A stretch of DNA of 64,000 nt from Betaproteobacteria bacterium (GTDB lineage Bacteria > Pseudomonadota > Gammaproteobacteria > Burkholderiales > Burkholderiaceae_C). The notes under the pieces are model-generated. The model had not been told where the DNA came from. It worked only from the letters and a program-made list of their open reading frames with translations, and searched no databases. Of the stretch, positions 49,662-59,830 are shown piece after piece. Within the stretch, counting starts at the first letter, position 1; every line of letters starts with the position of its first letter. The stretch spans positions 9,860 to 73,859 of the forward strand of contig JAYWHD010000036.1 of the NCBI GenBank assembly GCA_043777895.1, in the 5' to 3' direction. Position numbers and translations under genes: made by a program.

Positions 49662-50048
49662 ATGCCAACTATCAATCAACTCGTTCGTCAAGGTCGTCAA
49701 TCTGAAGTGGTTAAAAGTAAAAGCCCTGCTTTAGCCAATTGTCCGCAACGCCGTGGTGTGTGTACCAAAGTGTACACAACGACGCCTAAAAAACCAAACT
49801 CTGCTTTGCGTAAAGTCGCTAAAGTTCGCTTGACTAACGGCTTTGAAGTTATTTCTTACATTGGTGGTGAAGGCCATAATCTACAAGAACACAGTGTTGT
49901 ATTAGTTCGTGGTGGGCGTGTGAAAGATTTACCAGGTGTGCGTTACCATATTGTGCGTGGTTCACAAGATTTACAAGGTGTTAAAGACCGTAAACAATCG
50001 CGTTCTAAATATGGTGCTAAGCGTCCGAAAGCGGCGAAAGCCAAGTAG
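49662..50048 (+). CDS. rpsL: 30S ribosomal protein S12
   Basis: [12 protein letters not shown]...[11 protein letters not shown]... Confidence 0.98.
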   Translation: MPTINQLVRQGRQSEVVKSKSPALANCPQRRGVCTKVYTTTPKKPNSALRKVAKVRLTNGFEVISYIGGEGHNLQEHSVVLVRGGRVKDLPGVRYHIVRGSQDLQGVKDRKQSRSKYGAKRPKAAKAK

Positions 50049-50079
50049 TTTTAAATTATTTTAGTGTTTAAGTTTAGTG

Positions 50080-50114
50080 CCACAACCATGCTTTAGTGTG
50101 GCTGTGGTTTTTTT
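50080..50114 (+). terminator. Hairpin plus T7 tract between rpsL and rpsG (terminator/attenuator-like)
   Basis: CCACAACCA (50080-50088) pairs with TGGCTGTGG (50099-50107) at 8 of 9 positions, followed by TTTTTTT (50108-50114). Confidence 0.5.
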
Positions 50115-50228
50115 GCAAGTTGCATCTGTAACTTGAGTAAGCGGTTAGCTTAATAGCTGACATTAGTATTTATATTATTTTATTATTTATATTATAAATA
50201 AATACGCCTGAACCCCCAAGGAGTTGTT

Positions 50229-50699
50229 ATGCCTCGTCGTCGTGAAGTCCCCAAACGTGATATTTTGCCTGATCCAAAATTTGGTAATGTTGAGTTAGCT
50301 AAGTTTATGAACGTTGTTATGCTTAGTGGTAAAAAAGCAGTTGCTGAAGGCATCGTTTATGGTGCTTTAGAGCAAATTCAAGCTAAAACTGGCAAAGATG
50401 CCATGGAAGTATTTAAAACCGCGATTGAAAATGTTAAACCTATGGTTGAGGTTAAATCTCGCCGTGTTGGTGGTGCAAACTACCAAGTGCCTGTTGAGGT
50501 GCGTCCTTCACGCCGTTTAGCCTTGTCTATGCGTTGGATTCGTGAAGCGGCTAAAAAACGTGGTGAAAAAACGATGTTTTTACGCTTAGCTTCTGAATTA
50601 ACAGAAGCGTCCGAAGGTAGAGGCGGTGCGATGAAAAAACGTGATGAAGTTCACCGTATGGCCGATGCTAATAAAGCGTTTAGCCATTTCCGCTTCTAA
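50229..50699 (+). CDS. rpsG: 30S ribosomal protein S7
   Basis: [20 protein letters not shown]...[10 protein letters not shown]. Confidence 0.98.
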   Translation: MPRRREVPKRDILPDPKFGNVELAKFMNVVMLSGKKAVAEGIVYGALEQIQAKTGKDAMEVFKTAIENVKPMVEVKSRRVGGANYQVPVEVRPSRRLALSMRWIREAAKKRGEKTMFLRLASELTEASEGRGGAMKKRDEVHRMADANKAFSHFRF

Positions 50700-50701
50700 A
50701 T

Positions 50702-50793
50702 ATTAGATTTCTTTCAAAGTCATATTCATAAGAAAGCAATTTTTTGATTATTAAAGCTTAATAAGCACTTTTTAATAATTTTGAAAGAAGTCT
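50702..50793. mobile_element. MITE-like intergenic element, copy B (92 bp)
   Basis: It has the same 17-nt left end (ATTAGATTTCTTTCAAA) and 15-nt right end (TTTTGAAAGAAGTCT) as copy A at 19572-19787. Confidence 0.5.
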
Positions 50794-50798
50794 ATTGT

Positions 50799-51044
50799 AT
50801 GAAAAAAATTGCTACGGCTGTATTGTTAATTTTAATTATCAATAATGTTTATGCTAAAAATTTGGTTGAGTTTATTGATATAGATCAAAGTCCAATTCCT
50901 TTACCACCATCAGAATTAATAGCCTTAAATAATAACAAAATGAATAAAATTTTGGCAGATGATGGTTTTAGTCATTTAGAAAAAAATCTACTGAAATTAA
51001 TAATTTTACAAATAGCCTCAATATGGCTAAAAGTAAAAAATTAA
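50799..51044 (+). CDS. Signal-peptide-bearing small ORF, probable 5' part of a split gene
   Basis: MKKIATAVLLILIINNVYA/KN. The stop is immediately preceded by the A6 tract at 51035-51040. I recognise no family. Confidence 0.45.
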   Translation: MKKIATAVLLILIINNVYAKNLVEFIDIDQSPIPLPPSELIALNNNKMNKILADDGFSHLEKNLLKLIILQIASIWLKVKN

Positions 51045-51520
51045 AATCAATAAAAATAACTAATATTGCTCAATCTCATATAGTATATGAAAAATTATCC
51101 GATCTTAAATTTTCTTTTAAGCCATTTACCTTTAATCAAGGTAACTTGATTGCTGTTTTACCTCATGGAACATTTAAAAACAATGTTTGGACCGGAGTAG
51201 ATCGGTTTTTTGATATCCCTAATATTGGCGTTGCTCGATTAGAGGAGTTAGATTTAGGTGCAAATCAAGGAAAAGTTTACATGTTTAAAACTGAGGTTAA
51301 TACTAAAGTTAGAGGTAAAGAAGCTATCTCAAAAATTTTTTTAAATAACATTTCAAAGTTAGAAAATATTTCTTGGGTAGAAAATAATATGAGTTACACT
51401 TTAAGTTTTCAACCGATTAAATCTAATTTGAAAAAAACTGAAGTGAGTAATTTAAATAGTTCTATAAAGAGTATTCAACCTACCTTTAGTGCATATTCTC
51501 TCACTAAACAATTAAAATAA
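51023..51520 (+). CDS. Hypothetical ORF in the -1 frame, probable 3' part of the same split gene
   Basis: 165 codons with no SD before its ATG. It overlaps the previous ORF by 22 nt and ends 32 nt before fusA. Confidence 0.45.
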   Translation: MAKSKKLKSIKITNIAQSHIVYEKLSDLKFSFKPFTFNQGNLIAVLPHGTFKNNVWTGVDRFFDIPNIGVARLEELDLGANQGKVYMFKTEVNTKVRGKEAISKIFLNNISKLENISWVENNMSYTLSFQPIKSNLKKTEVSNLNSSIKSIQPTFSAYSLTKQLK

Positions 51521-51552
51521 TTATATTTTTCAGTAAAAATTAAGGATTGATA

Positions 51553-53655
51553 ATGTCTCGTAAGACCCCTATTAATCGGTATCGTAATATTGGTATTTCT
51601 GCACACATTGATGCAGGTAAAACAACTACGACCGAACGCGTTCTGTTTTATACAGGCGTAAATCATAAAATTGGCGAAGTCCATGATGGTGCCGCCACAA
51701 TGGACTGGATGGAACAAGAGCAAGAACGCGGTATTACTATTACCTCGGCTGCTACCACCTGCTTTTGGTCAGGTATGGGTAAAACGTTTGATGAGCATCG
51801 CATTAATATCATTGATACTCCAGGTCACGTTGATTTTACTATTGAAGTAGAACGTTCTATGCGTGTACTAGATGGTGCGTGTATGGTGTATTGTGCCGTG
51901 GGTGGTGTTCAGCCGCAGTCTGAAACGGTGTGGCGTCAAGCTAATAAGTATAAAGTGCCACGCTTAGCATTTGTCAATAAAATGGACCGCACAGGCGCAA
52001 ACTTCTATAAAGTTTACGAACAAATGAAGTTGCGGTTAAAAGCCAATCCAGTCGCTCTACAAATACCCGTTGGGGCTGAAGAACACTTTGCTGGGGTCAT
52101 TGATTTAGTCAAAATGAAGCAAATTATTTGGTCAGAAGAAGACAAGGGTGTTACCTTTACTTATGGTGATATTCCTGCCAGCTTACAAGAAAAAGCCAAC
52201 GAATTTCGCGAAAAATTGGTAGAAGCCGCTGCTGAAGCAAGCGAAGACTTAATGAATCGTTACCTCGAAGGTGGCGAACTCACAGAAGATGAAATTAAAT
52301 TAGCCATTCGTACCCGTACGATTGCTGGCGAAATTCAGCCTATGGTCTGTGGTTCAGCGTTCAAAAACAAAGGCGTTCAAGCCATGTTAGACGCGGTCAT
52401 TGAATATTTGCCATCACCTGTAGACATTCCACCTGTGGGTGGTTTAGATGACTATGAAGAACCCACAACCCGTCGTGCAGATGATGATGAAAAATTTGCC
52501 GCTTTAGCCTTTAAATTAATGAGTGATCCCTTCGTGGGACAATTGACATTTGTACGTGCTTATTCAGGTATTTTGAAAAAAGGCGATACGATTTTAAACT
52601 CTATTAAAGGCAAAAAAGAACGCATTGGCCGTATTGTACAAATGCATGCTAATCAACGTGAAGAAATTGAAGAATTGCGTGCGGGTGATATTGCAGCATG
52701 TGTAGGCTTAAAAGATGTCACTACGGGCGAGACTTTATGTGACCCTGATGCTCCCATCATTTTAGAGCGTATGGTGTTTCCTGAACCTGTTATCTCTCAA
52801 GCCGTTGAACCAAAAACTAAACCTGATCAAGAAAAAATGGGTTTAGCACTACAGCGTTTAGCACAAGAAGATCCGTCTTTCCGCGTTCGTACTGATGAAG
52901 AGTCAGGGCAAACCATTATTTCAGGTATGGGTGAACTACACCTTGAGATTATTGTGGATCGTATGAAACGTGAATTTGGTGTTGAAGCCAATGTAGGTAA
53001 GCCTCAAGTCGCTTATCGTGAAACGATTCGTAAAAAAGTTGAAGATGTCGAAGGTAAATTTGTGCGTCAGTCTGGCGGTAAAGGTCAATATGGACACGTT
53101 GTACTACGTATTGAACCTAATGAGGCGGGTAAAGGTTTTGAGTTTTTAGATGAAATTAAAGGCGGTGTCGTTCCGCGTGAGTTTATTCCAGCCGTTGAAA
53201 AAGGCTTGCGTGAAACGATTACAGCAGGTGTACTAGCCGGCTATCCAGTTGTTGATGTGAAAGTTGCCTTAACCTTTGGTTCATACCATGATGTGGATTC
53301 AAATGAAAATGCATTTAAAATGGCAGCTTCAATTGGGTTTAAAGACGGTTGTCGCAAAGCAAGTCCAGTCATTCTTGAGCCGATGATGGCCGTTGAAGTT
53401 GAAACACCTGAAGATTATGCAGGCAATGTGATGGGGGATTTATCCTCACGCCGTGGTATGGTTCAAGGTATGGATGATATGGTCGGTGGCGGTAAAGCGA
53501 TTAAAGCGGAAGTGCCGTTATCAGAAATGTTTGGTTACTCTACGACTTTACGCTCAATGAGCCAAGGCCGTGCTAGCTATACTATGGAATTTAAACACTA
53601 TTCTGAAGCACCGAAAAATGTAGCAGAAGCCATCATGGCTGCTAAAGCAAAGTAA
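51553..53655 (+). CDS. fusA: Elongation factor G
   Basis: [17 protein letters not shown] and [11 protein letters not shown] 51553 has AAGGA at 51542-51546; the track start is TTG 51547. Confidence 0.98.
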   Translation: MSRKTPINRYRNIGISAHIDAGKTTTTERVLFYTGVNHKIGEVHDGAATMDWMEQEQERGITITSAATTCFWSGMGKTFDEHRINIIDTPGHVDFTIEVERSMRVLDGACMVYCAVGGVQPQSETVWRQANKYKVPRLAFVNKMDRTGANFYKVYEQMKLRLKANPVALQIPVGAEEHFAGVIDLVKMKQIIWSEEDKGVTFTYGDIPASLQEKANEFREKLVEAAAEASEDLMNRYLEGGELTEDEIKLAIRTRTIAGEIQPMVCGSAFKNKGVQAMLDAVIEYLPSPVDIPPVGGLDDYEEPTTRRADDDEKFAALAFKLMSDPFVGQLTFVRAYSGILKKGDTILNSIKGKKERIGRIVQMHANQREEIEELRAGDIAACVGLKDVTTGETLCDPDAPIILERMVFPEPVISQAVEPKTKPDQEKMGLALQRLAQEDPSFRVRTDEESGQTIISGMGELHLEIIVDRMKREFGVEANVGKPQVAYRETIRKKVEDVEGKFVRQSGGKGQYGHVVLRIEPNEAGKGFEFLDEIKGGVVPREFIPAVEKGLRETITAGVLAGYPVVDVKVALTFGSYHDVDSNENAFKMAASIGFKDGCRKASPVILEPMMAVEVETPEDYAGNVMGDLSSRRGMVQGMDDMVGGGKAIKAEVPLSEMFGYSTTLRSMSQGRASYTMEFKHYSEAPKNVAEAIMAAKAK

Positions 53656-53700
53656 GTTACTAATTAATCGCTTGAATTACCAGTAAATACTGCACAAGTC

Positions 53701-53730
53701 ACTAAACCGCTAGTAAAATAGTGGTTTAGT
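53701..53730 (+). terminator. Hairpin after fusA (no T-tail)
   Basis: ACTAAACCGCTA pairs with TAGTGGTTTAGT with one G-U pair. Confidence 0.35.
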
Positions 53731-53799
53731 CAAACCTTAACGTAACTTAACTTATTGAATAATTAAACAATTCAGTATTCAGTAATCAAAGTCTACGTT

Positions 53800-53848
53800 A
53801 TTTTAATTTTTAATTTTTAATTTTTTTAATTTTTTTAATTTTTTAAAT
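53800..53848. repeat. (TTTTTAA/TTTTAAT)n repeat upstream of tuf
   Basis: Read directly. Confidence 0.8.
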
Positions 53849-53872
53849 AAATTTATTATCAAGGATAATATC

Positions 53873-55063
53873 ATGGCAAAAAGTAAATTTGAACGTAATA
53901 AACCCCACGTCAACGTGGGTACAATTGGTCACGTTGATCATGGTAAAACAACATTGACAGCCGCTTTAACAATGGTTTTAGCTGCTAAATTTGGTGGCGA
54001 AGCTAAAGCTTATGATCAAATTGATGCTGCCCCTGAAGAAAAAGCACGCGGTATTACAATTAATACAGCCCACGTTGAGTACGAAACTGGTAATCGTCAT
54101 TATGCACACGTTGACTGCCCAGGGCATGCCGACTATGTTAAAAATATGATTACAGGCGCGGCACAAATGGACGGTGCAATTTTAGTGTGTTCTGCTGCTG
54201 ATGGTCCTATGCCACAGACACGCGAACATATTTTATTGGCTCGTCAAGTAGGCGTACCTTACATTGTTGTATTTTTAAATAAATGCGATATGGTTGATGA
54301 TGCTGAACTCTTAGAATTAGTGGAAATGGAAGTACGTGAGTTATTAGATAAATATGATTTTCCTGGTGACGATACACCCATTATTCACGGCTCTGCTAAA
54401 TTAGCCGTTGAAGGTGATAAAGGCGAAATGGGTGAAGAGTCAATTATTCGTCTAGCTGCTGCTTTAGATTCATACATTCCAACGCCAGAACGTGCGGTTG
54501 ATGGTGCATTTTTAATGCCAGTTGAAGACGTATTCTCCATCTCTGGACGTGGTACTGTTGTAACGGGCCGTATTGAACGTGGTATTGTTAAAGTCGGTGA
54601 AGAAATTGAAATTGTTGGTTTGGTAGACACAGTTAAAACGACCTGTACAGGTGTAGAGATGTTCCGTAAATTGTTAGACCAAGGTCAAGCAGGTGATAAC
54701 GTTGGTTTACTATTACGCGGCACTAAACGCGAAGATGTACAACGTGGTCAAGTCTTATGTAAGCCCTCTTCTGTTAAACCGCACACACATTTTACTGGTG
54801 AAATTTATGTGTTGTCTAAAGACGAAGGCGGTCGCCATACACCATTCTTTAATAACTACCGTCCACAGTTTTACTTCCGTACAACAGACGTAACAGGTGC
54901 GATTGAGTTGCCAGAAGGTAAAGAAATGGTTATGCCTGGTGATAATGTATCAATCACTGTTAAACTAATTGCTCCAATTGCGATGGAAGAAGGTTTACGT
55001 TTTGCTATTCGTGAGGGTGGCCGTACTGTGGGTGCAGGTGTTGTTGCTAAAATTATGGCTTAA
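53873..55063 (+). CDS. tuf: Elongation factor Tu
   Basis: [21 protein letters not shown] and NKCD. From memory it is very close to Burkholderiales EF-Tu along its whole length. Confidence 0.98.
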   Translation: MAKSKFERNKPHVNVGTIGHVDHGKTTLTAALTMVLAAKFGGEAKAYDQIDAAPEEKARGITINTAHVEYETGNRHYAHVDCPGHADYVKNMITGAAQMDGAILVCSAADGPMPQTREHILLARQVGVPYIVVFLNKCDMVDDAELLELVEMEVRELLDKYDFPGDDTPIIHGSAKLAVEGDKGEMGEESIIRLAAALDSYIPTPERAVDGAFLMPVEDVFSISGRGTVVTGRIERGIVKVGEEIEIVGLVDTVKTTCTGVEMFRKLLDQGQAGDNVGLLLRGTKREDVQRGQVLCKPSSVKPHTHFTGEIYVLSKDEGGRHTPFFNNYRPQFYFRTTDVTGAIELPEGKEMVMPGDNVSITVKLIAPIAMEEGLRFAIREGGRTVGAGVVAKIMA

Positions 55064-55154
55064 TTGAGTTGTATTTATACTTAATACACACTTAATTATT
55101 AACTGTTTTAGTTTTATTTTTTTAGTTTTTTAGTTTTTTAGTTTTTGTTCTTTT

Positions 55155-55200
55155 GTAGTGGTTTTAAATAATTTAATTATTTAGGCCACTACTTTTATTT
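55155..55200 (+). terminator. Rho-independent terminator-like hairpin after tuf
   Basis: GTAGTGG (55155-55161) pairs with CCACTAC (55186-55192), with an inner A/T stem, followed by TTTTATTT. Confidence 0.55.
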
Positions 55201-55255
55201 GCTAAAAATTAAATTATTATTTATTTGTTTAGCGCGTTCTTTGGGAATCTAATTC

Positions 55256-55567
55256 ATGTCTAGTCAAAATATTCGTATCCGTCTTAAAGCATTTGATTAT
55301 AAGTTAATTGATCGTTCAGCTGCTGAAATTGTAGAAACAGCTAAGCGTACAGGTGCAGTGGTTCGTGGTCCAGTACCATTGCCCACACGTATTGCTCGCT
55401 ATGATTTATTGAGTTCACCGCATGTAAACAAAACGGCGCGTGATCAAATGGAAATTCGTACACACCAACGCTTAATGGATATCTTAGACCCAACTGATAA
55501 AACAGTAGACGCTTTGATGAAGTTAGACTTACCCGCAGGTGTAGAAGTTGAAATTAAAGTTAAATAA
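55256..55567 (+). CDS. rpsJ: 30S ribosomal protein S10
   Basis: [29 protein letters not shown]... Confidence 0.98.
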   Translation: MSSQNIRIRLKAFDYKLIDRSAAEIVETAKRTGAVVRGPVPLPTRIARYDLLSSPHVNKTARDQMEIRTHQRLMDILDPTDKTVDALMKLDLPAGVEVEIKVK

Positions 55568-55584
55568 AAAATAATAAGCTTAAT

Positions 55585-55616
55585 AAAAAACCACTTCATT
55601 ATTGCAGTGGTTTTTT
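55585..55616 (+). terminator. Hairpin plus T6 immediately after rpsJ
   Basis: AAAAAACCACT pairs with AGTGGTTTTTT across a 10-nt loop. Confidence 0.55.
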
Positions 55617-55753
55617 ATTAACTAAATATAATAATGACTTAATAATGACTTATTTAAATCAATATAAAAACAGATAAATAGCATAAAAACACGCTATTTT
55701 ATACACTTTAAATACTTACTCTATCTATACTACAATCAATATATAATTATTCT

Positions 55754-56617
55754 TCATTGTCGTGCTAATCTTATATTTTTAGGTAAAACATTAGGTGTAT
55801 TGGTGCGATAAGGGTTAATATCCAAACCACCGCGACGCGTATACCGTGCATAAACAGTTAAGCGGGTTGGTTTACAACGCTGCCAAATATCCATAAAAAT
55901 ACGTTCTACACAGTGTTCGTGAAATTCGTTGTGATTACGTAAGCTAACAATGTATTGCAACAAACCTGCATGACATATTGGTACGCCTACATAGCTGATT
56001 AATACACTGCCCCAATCAGGCTGCCCCGTTACTAAACAATTGCTTTTGAGTAAATCACTATAAACCGTTTCTTCTATTGGCGGCTCGTCTAGCGTCTTTA
56101 ATAACTCGGGTACAGGTAAATAATGTTGGCATTCAATGTCTAATCGGTCAAGCGGCACACCTTCAAAACAAGTAATACTTGGACGCTCGTGTCCTGCGTT
56201 ACTTAAAGGAAATTGTTCTATTCGTATAGATACTTTAGCACCCGCCGCATCACTTAAATCGTGACTTAGCAATGCCATTAAAGCATTTAAGCCATAGTCT
56301 ATGCCTTCTAACTGAGTATTATTAAAACTATTTAAATACAGTTTAAGCGATTTACTTTCAATAATATTAGGGCTGTCTGCAGGTATGACTATATGTGCTA
56401 GTGCAATTTGAGGTTTACCTTTATTATTCAGCCAACCTATTTCGTAAGCAGTCCATAAATCAGCCCCAAAAAATATAGGCGACGTTAAAATACCTAATTC
56501 AGTACGTTTTATAGTACGGCTAATCGAAAATAATAGACTGGCATCATAATGGTCAGTATATCGACTAGTTTTACCCAACTGCGAATGGTCGGGATTTGAG
56601 TGAATCGTTGATGTCAT
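55754..56617 (-). CDS. queF: NADPH-dependent 7-cyano-7-deazaguanine reductase (bimodular type)
   Basis: About 280-aa two-domain form with [11 protein letters not shown] and [11 protein letters not shown]...[11 protein letters not shown]. Confidence 0.9.
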   Translation of the reverse strand: MTSTIHSNPDHSQLGKTSRYTDHYDASLLFSISRTIKRTELGILTSPIFFGADLWTAYEIGWLNNKGKPQIALAHIVIPADSPNIIESKSLKLYLNSFNNTQLEGIDYGLNALMALLSHDLSDAAGAKVSIRIEQFPLSNAGHERPSITCFEGVPLDRLDIECQHYLPVPELLKTLDEPPIEETVYSDLLKSNCLVTGQPDWGSVLISYVGVPICHAGLLQYIVSLRNHNEFHEHCVERIFMDIWQRCKPTRLTVYARYTRRGGLDINPYRTNTPNVLPKNIRLARQ

Positions 56618-56722
56618 AGACGTTTAATAAATTTTACTAATTAATAATGTGAAATGTAATAGTGTTTAGTGTGATAATGCCGTTTAAAATATTTTAACCT
56701 TAAAAAATCTGATTTCATCACT

Positions 56723-57442
56723 ATGTATTACATTAAAAAATTGACTGCAACTTTATTAGGGCAACGGTGTGCCGCGTGTAATCAAGTGTGCTTTGGTTCA
56801 ATTATTTGCACAACGTGTACTGGTTTAGTAGTAAAGCACAGACTATATACTCTGCGTTGTACACGGTGTGCCGTCAATTTAAATATGCACACTAATGAAC
56901 CAGTCTGCACCCACTGCTTAGCTCATCCGCCTGCTTTTGATGCTGCGGTGTGTGTGGGTGATTTTAACAACCCTATTAGTCAATTAATCTCACAACTTAA
57001 ATTTTCTCATCATTTAATCATAGCCGCTTGGTGTGCAGAACAATTAGCCAATTGCCTTAGTCATTTACCTACACATCTACAGCAGTTTGACTTAATTGTT
57101 CCTATTCCATTGCATAATAATCGTTTGCGTGAACGCGGCTTTAATCAATCTTGGGAGATTATTCGGCATTTACCTTATGCAGCGCATCAAAAGCATTCTG
57201 TGTTAGAACGCTTACGCGACACACCCAGCCAACGTGAGTTAAATGCGACTGAACGTATGATTAATGTCAAAAACGCTTTTAGGGTTGATGAAAAATATTT
57301 AGAATTTATTAAAAATAAGCGTATTTTATTGGTAGATGATGTAATCACCACTGCGGCGACTGCACAAGCAGCGAGTATTGCATTGAAAGCTAATGGTGTA
57401 GCACATATAACGCTAGCTAGTATTGCCCGTGTAAGTCATTAA
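56723..57442 (+). CDS. comF: ComF-family protein (phosphoribosyltransferase domain)
   Basis: N-terminal Cys-rich region (CAACNQ...CTTC...CTRC...CTHC) and the PRT motif ILLVDDVITTAAT. Confidence 0.85.
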   Translation: MYYIKKLTATLLGQRCAACNQVCFGSIICTTCTGLVVKHRLYTLRCTRCAVNLNMHTNEPVCTHCLAHPPAFDAAVCVGDFNNPISQLISQLKFSHHLIIAAWCAEQLANCLSHLPTHLQQFDLIVPIPLHNNRLRERGFNQSWEIIRHLPYAAHQKHSVLERLRDTPSQRELNATERMINVKNAFRVDEKYLEFIKNKRILLVDDVITTAATAQAASIALKANGVAHITLASIARVSH

Positions 57443-57449
57443 TCAATAC

Positions 57450-58961
57450 TTAAATAGTATTTAAAACAGTATTTAAATTACTATTTGGATTAATATTTAG
57501 ATTAATATTTAAACGGTTTAAAGTTTCATCTCGTCCCAAAACAGTCAGCATGGCATCAAGGCTAGGCGTTTGAGGGGTAGCAAATAAAGCAATACGGACG
57601 GGAATAGCTAATTGAGGCATTTTTAGAGAATACTGCTCCAATGTGTTTTTAACAACCGCAGCAATGTTATTTTTATTCCAATCATTTCCAAGCAACTGTG
57701 TTAGTGCCTGTACAAGATGTGTCAGTATTAATTGATTAGGAACAATATATTGTTCACGCAATACGTCCGTAATCACAGGAGCAGTACTAAATGGGGCAAT
57801 TAAATCGGCCAACTGTAGCAAAGTTTCAGCACGGTCACGCATCAGTACAATCGCGGCTTCTAATTGATTGGTTACAATAACACCTCGGTAGCGCAGTAAC
57901 CAAGCGGCTATTTGTTCAATGGGTGCTTGTTTAATATAATGTGCATTGACCCAATTAAGCTTCTTGTTGTCCCATTGTGCTGCTGATTTACTTAAATTAC
58001 TGCCATCAAACCAAGCAGTTAACTCATCAGTTGTAAATAATTCAGTATCGCCATGACTCCACCCTAAGCGGGCTAAATAATTGAGCATAGCTTGTGGTAA
58101 ATAGCCCAAAGCGTCATATTGAATCACACTGACAGCCCCGTGCCGCTTAGACAATTTTTCACCATCAGAACCTAAAATCATAGGTAAATGACCATACTGC
58201 GGCAAAGTAGCATTGAGAGCATTAAGTACGTTTATTTGTCGCGGTGTGTTGTTAATATGGTCATCACCACGAATAACATGCGTAATATTCATATCCCAAT
58301 CATCAACCACTACACAAAAATTATAAGTCGGTATACCCATAGTGTCGCCGTTGGCAGCCGCTTCAGGCGTAACCGCACGGGCAATAATAAAATCATCTAA
58401 TTCATTATTAGCGATTTTAATGATGCCTTTGACTAAATCGTCCCATATTACTGCCCCTTCTTGAGGGGTTTTAAACCGTATAACCGGGGCTATATCTTTA
58501 GGTATCAAAGGTAAAATTTTACCTAACTCAGGCCGCCAAGTGCCGTCATAACGTGGCTTATCACCATTAAGCCTAGCCAATTCACGCATAGACTCTACTT
58601 CAGCGGCAGTACTGTAGCACGAATAAGCTGTTCCTTCTGATAACATCTGTACAATGACGGCTTTATAGCGTGTCATGTGTTGCATTTGATAAAAAGGGCC
58701 TTCATCGGCGATTAAGCCTAACCAATTCATACCGTCCAAGATGGCCTGAACTGCTTCAGGCGTTGAGCGTTCAACATCAGTATCTTCAATACGCAATACA
58801 AATGTACCTGCTGCTGGTTTATTGTTTATTTTGGCATAGTGTTTGGCATAAGCCCAGCTATACAGTGCAGTACGTGCGCCGCCTAAATGCAAGTAGCCCG
58901 TAGGTGATGGTGCAAAACGCGTCCGTACAGGTAAATTTGAAGCTATCTTAGTGTTTGTCAT
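57450..58961 (-). CDS. gltX: Glutamyl-tRNA synthetase with N/L-rich C-terminal tail
   Basis: [19 protein letters not shown] (HIGH region) and KLSKRHG (KMSKS). Confidence 0.96.
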   Translation of the reverse strand: MTNTKIASNLPVRTRFAPSPTGYLHLGGARTALYSWAYAKHYAKINNKPAAGTFVLRIEDTDVERSTPEAVQAILDGMNWLGLIADEGPFYQMQHMTRYKAVIVQMLSEGTAYSCYSTAAEVESMRELARLNGDKPRYDGTWRPELGKILPLIPKDIAPVIRFKTPQEGAVIWDDLVKGIIKIANNELDDFIIARAVTPEAAANGDTMGIPTYNFCVVVDDWDMNITHVIRGDDHINNTPRQINVLNALNATLPQYGHLPMILGSDGEKLSKRHGAVSVIQYDALGYLPQAMLNYLARLGWSHGDTELFTTDELTAWFDGSNLSKSAAQWDNKKLNWVNAHYIKQAPIEQIAAWLLRYRGVIVTNQLEAAIVLMRDRAETLLQLADLIAPFSTAPVITDVLREQYIVPNQLILTHLVQALTQLLGNDWNKNNIAAVVKNTLEQYSLKMPQLAIPVRIALFATPQTPSLDAMLTVLGRDETLNRLNINLNINPNSNLNTVLNTI

Positions 58962-59087
58962 AAAGCGTCAATGCTTTCAGTAAAAATAGAACTTATAAGC
59001 GTAGTGTTATTAATAATAAATAGTCTTTAATAATTTTGAACCGTATTCAATAAGTTTTATATATTTTATATATTTTTTTATATTTTT

Positions 59088-59474
59088 TTATATATGTTTT
59101 ATATAGTCTGTGGGATTCATTAACTGTTCAAGATTAACTGTATCTAATGGAGCAATTTTGATAATCCATGTGTCATAGGCGTTGGTATTTAATACCGTTG
59201 GATTATCATCAATGGCGGCTGAATTAAATGCTAAAACTGTACCATCAATTGGCATGTGTACATCGCTGGCTGCCTTTACACTCTCAACAACCGCACATAC
59301 ATCGCCTGCTTTTAGCGATTGCCCTATTTTGGCATCACCACAAAAAACAATATCGCCTAACATTGCTTGTCCAGCATTACTAATACCAATAGCGTAGTTA
59401 CCATCGGGTAATAGTTGTAACCACTCGTGGCTAGTAGTATGGAGACGATCAGCAGGAATAATTGAGTGTGTCAT
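59088..59474 (-). CDS. gcvH: Glycine-cleavage H-protein-like lipoyl carrier
   Basis: TSHEWL...VESVKAASDVHMPIDG (lipoyl-Lys context). I prefer ATG 59474, because the longer track ORF runs into the tRNA terminator hairpin. Confidence 0.85.
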   Translation of the reverse strand: MTHSIIPADRLHTTSHEWLQLLPDGNYAIGISNAGQAMLGDIVFCGDAKIGQSLKAGDVCAVVESVKAASDVHMPIDGTVLAFNSAAIDDNPTVLNTNAYDTWIIKIAPLDTVNLEQLMNPTDYIKHI

Positions 59475-59495
59475 AGTTATCCGTATTTTTAATAA

Positions 59496-59526
59496 AAAAA
59501 GCAAGCTATTATTAAGCTTGCTTTTT
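59496..59526 (-). terminator. Rho-independent terminator after the tRNA gene
   Basis: AAAAAGCAAGCT pairs with AGCTTGCTTTTT across a 7-nt loop. On the minus strand a T-run follows. Confidence 0.7.
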
Positions 59527-59534
59527 AAAACTAC

Positions 59535-59611
59535 TGGTGGCGCTTCCCTGATTTGAACAGGGGACCTTCGGATTATGATTCCGCTGCTCTAACCAACTGA
59601 GCTAAAGCGCC
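59535..59611 (-). tRNA. tRNA with anticodon CAU (elongator Met or lysidine-modified Ile2; not initiator)
   Basis: Hand-folded cloverleaf: GGCGCTT/AAGCGCC acceptor, GCTC/GAGC D stem, anticodon loop ATCATAA, CCCTG/CAGGG T stem, TTCAAAT T loop, encoded CCA. A G1-C72 pair and the lack of three G-C pairs in the anticodon stem argue against initiator identity. Confidence 0.9.
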
Positions 59612-59628
59612 ATATTCTGTAAAATACA

Positions 59629-59657
59629 ATTATTACATAGCTTAGAGAATTTTACAA
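59629..59657 (-). promoter_or_regulatory. Candidate promoter for the tRNA gene
   Basis: On the minus strand: TTGTAA (59657-59652), a 17-nt spacer, then TGT-AATAAT (59634-59629), 17 nt before the tRNA 5' end. Confidence 0.35.
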
Positions 59658-59711
59658 CTTTAATAAAAACTATAAAGCGATTATGAATAATAAAAACAAC
59701 AAATACAACCA

Positions 59712-59785
59712 AAAACAATACAAACAATACAAACAATACAAACAATGCAAATAATGCAAATAATAAAAATAATACGAATAAAATA
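59712..59785. repeat. 9-nt tandem repeat (CAATACAAA x3, then degenerate copies)
   Basis: Read directly. Confidence 0.85.
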
Positions 59786-59830
59786 TTAAATAATTTAGTT
59801 AAACTGTATTAGTTATAGCCATATTATACA

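Noticed and set aside
51475-51723. An 82-codon minus-strand ORF overlaps the fusA start.
   Set aside because: It is antisense to the highly conserved EF-G N-terminus (G-domain P-loop), so it is spurious.
56618-56722. A preQ1 riboswitch might lie upstream of queF.
   Set aside because: Reading the minus strand, I could not find the conserved preQ1-I or preQ1-II core or a suitable small hairpin with an A-rich tail. The spacer is plain A+T-rich sequence.
59475-59504. A longer start for gcvH (MLFLLKIRIT...).
   Set aside because: The extra codons run into the terminator hairpin of the upstream tRNA gene (59496-59526). The conserved H-protein N-terminus begins at the Met encoded at 59474.
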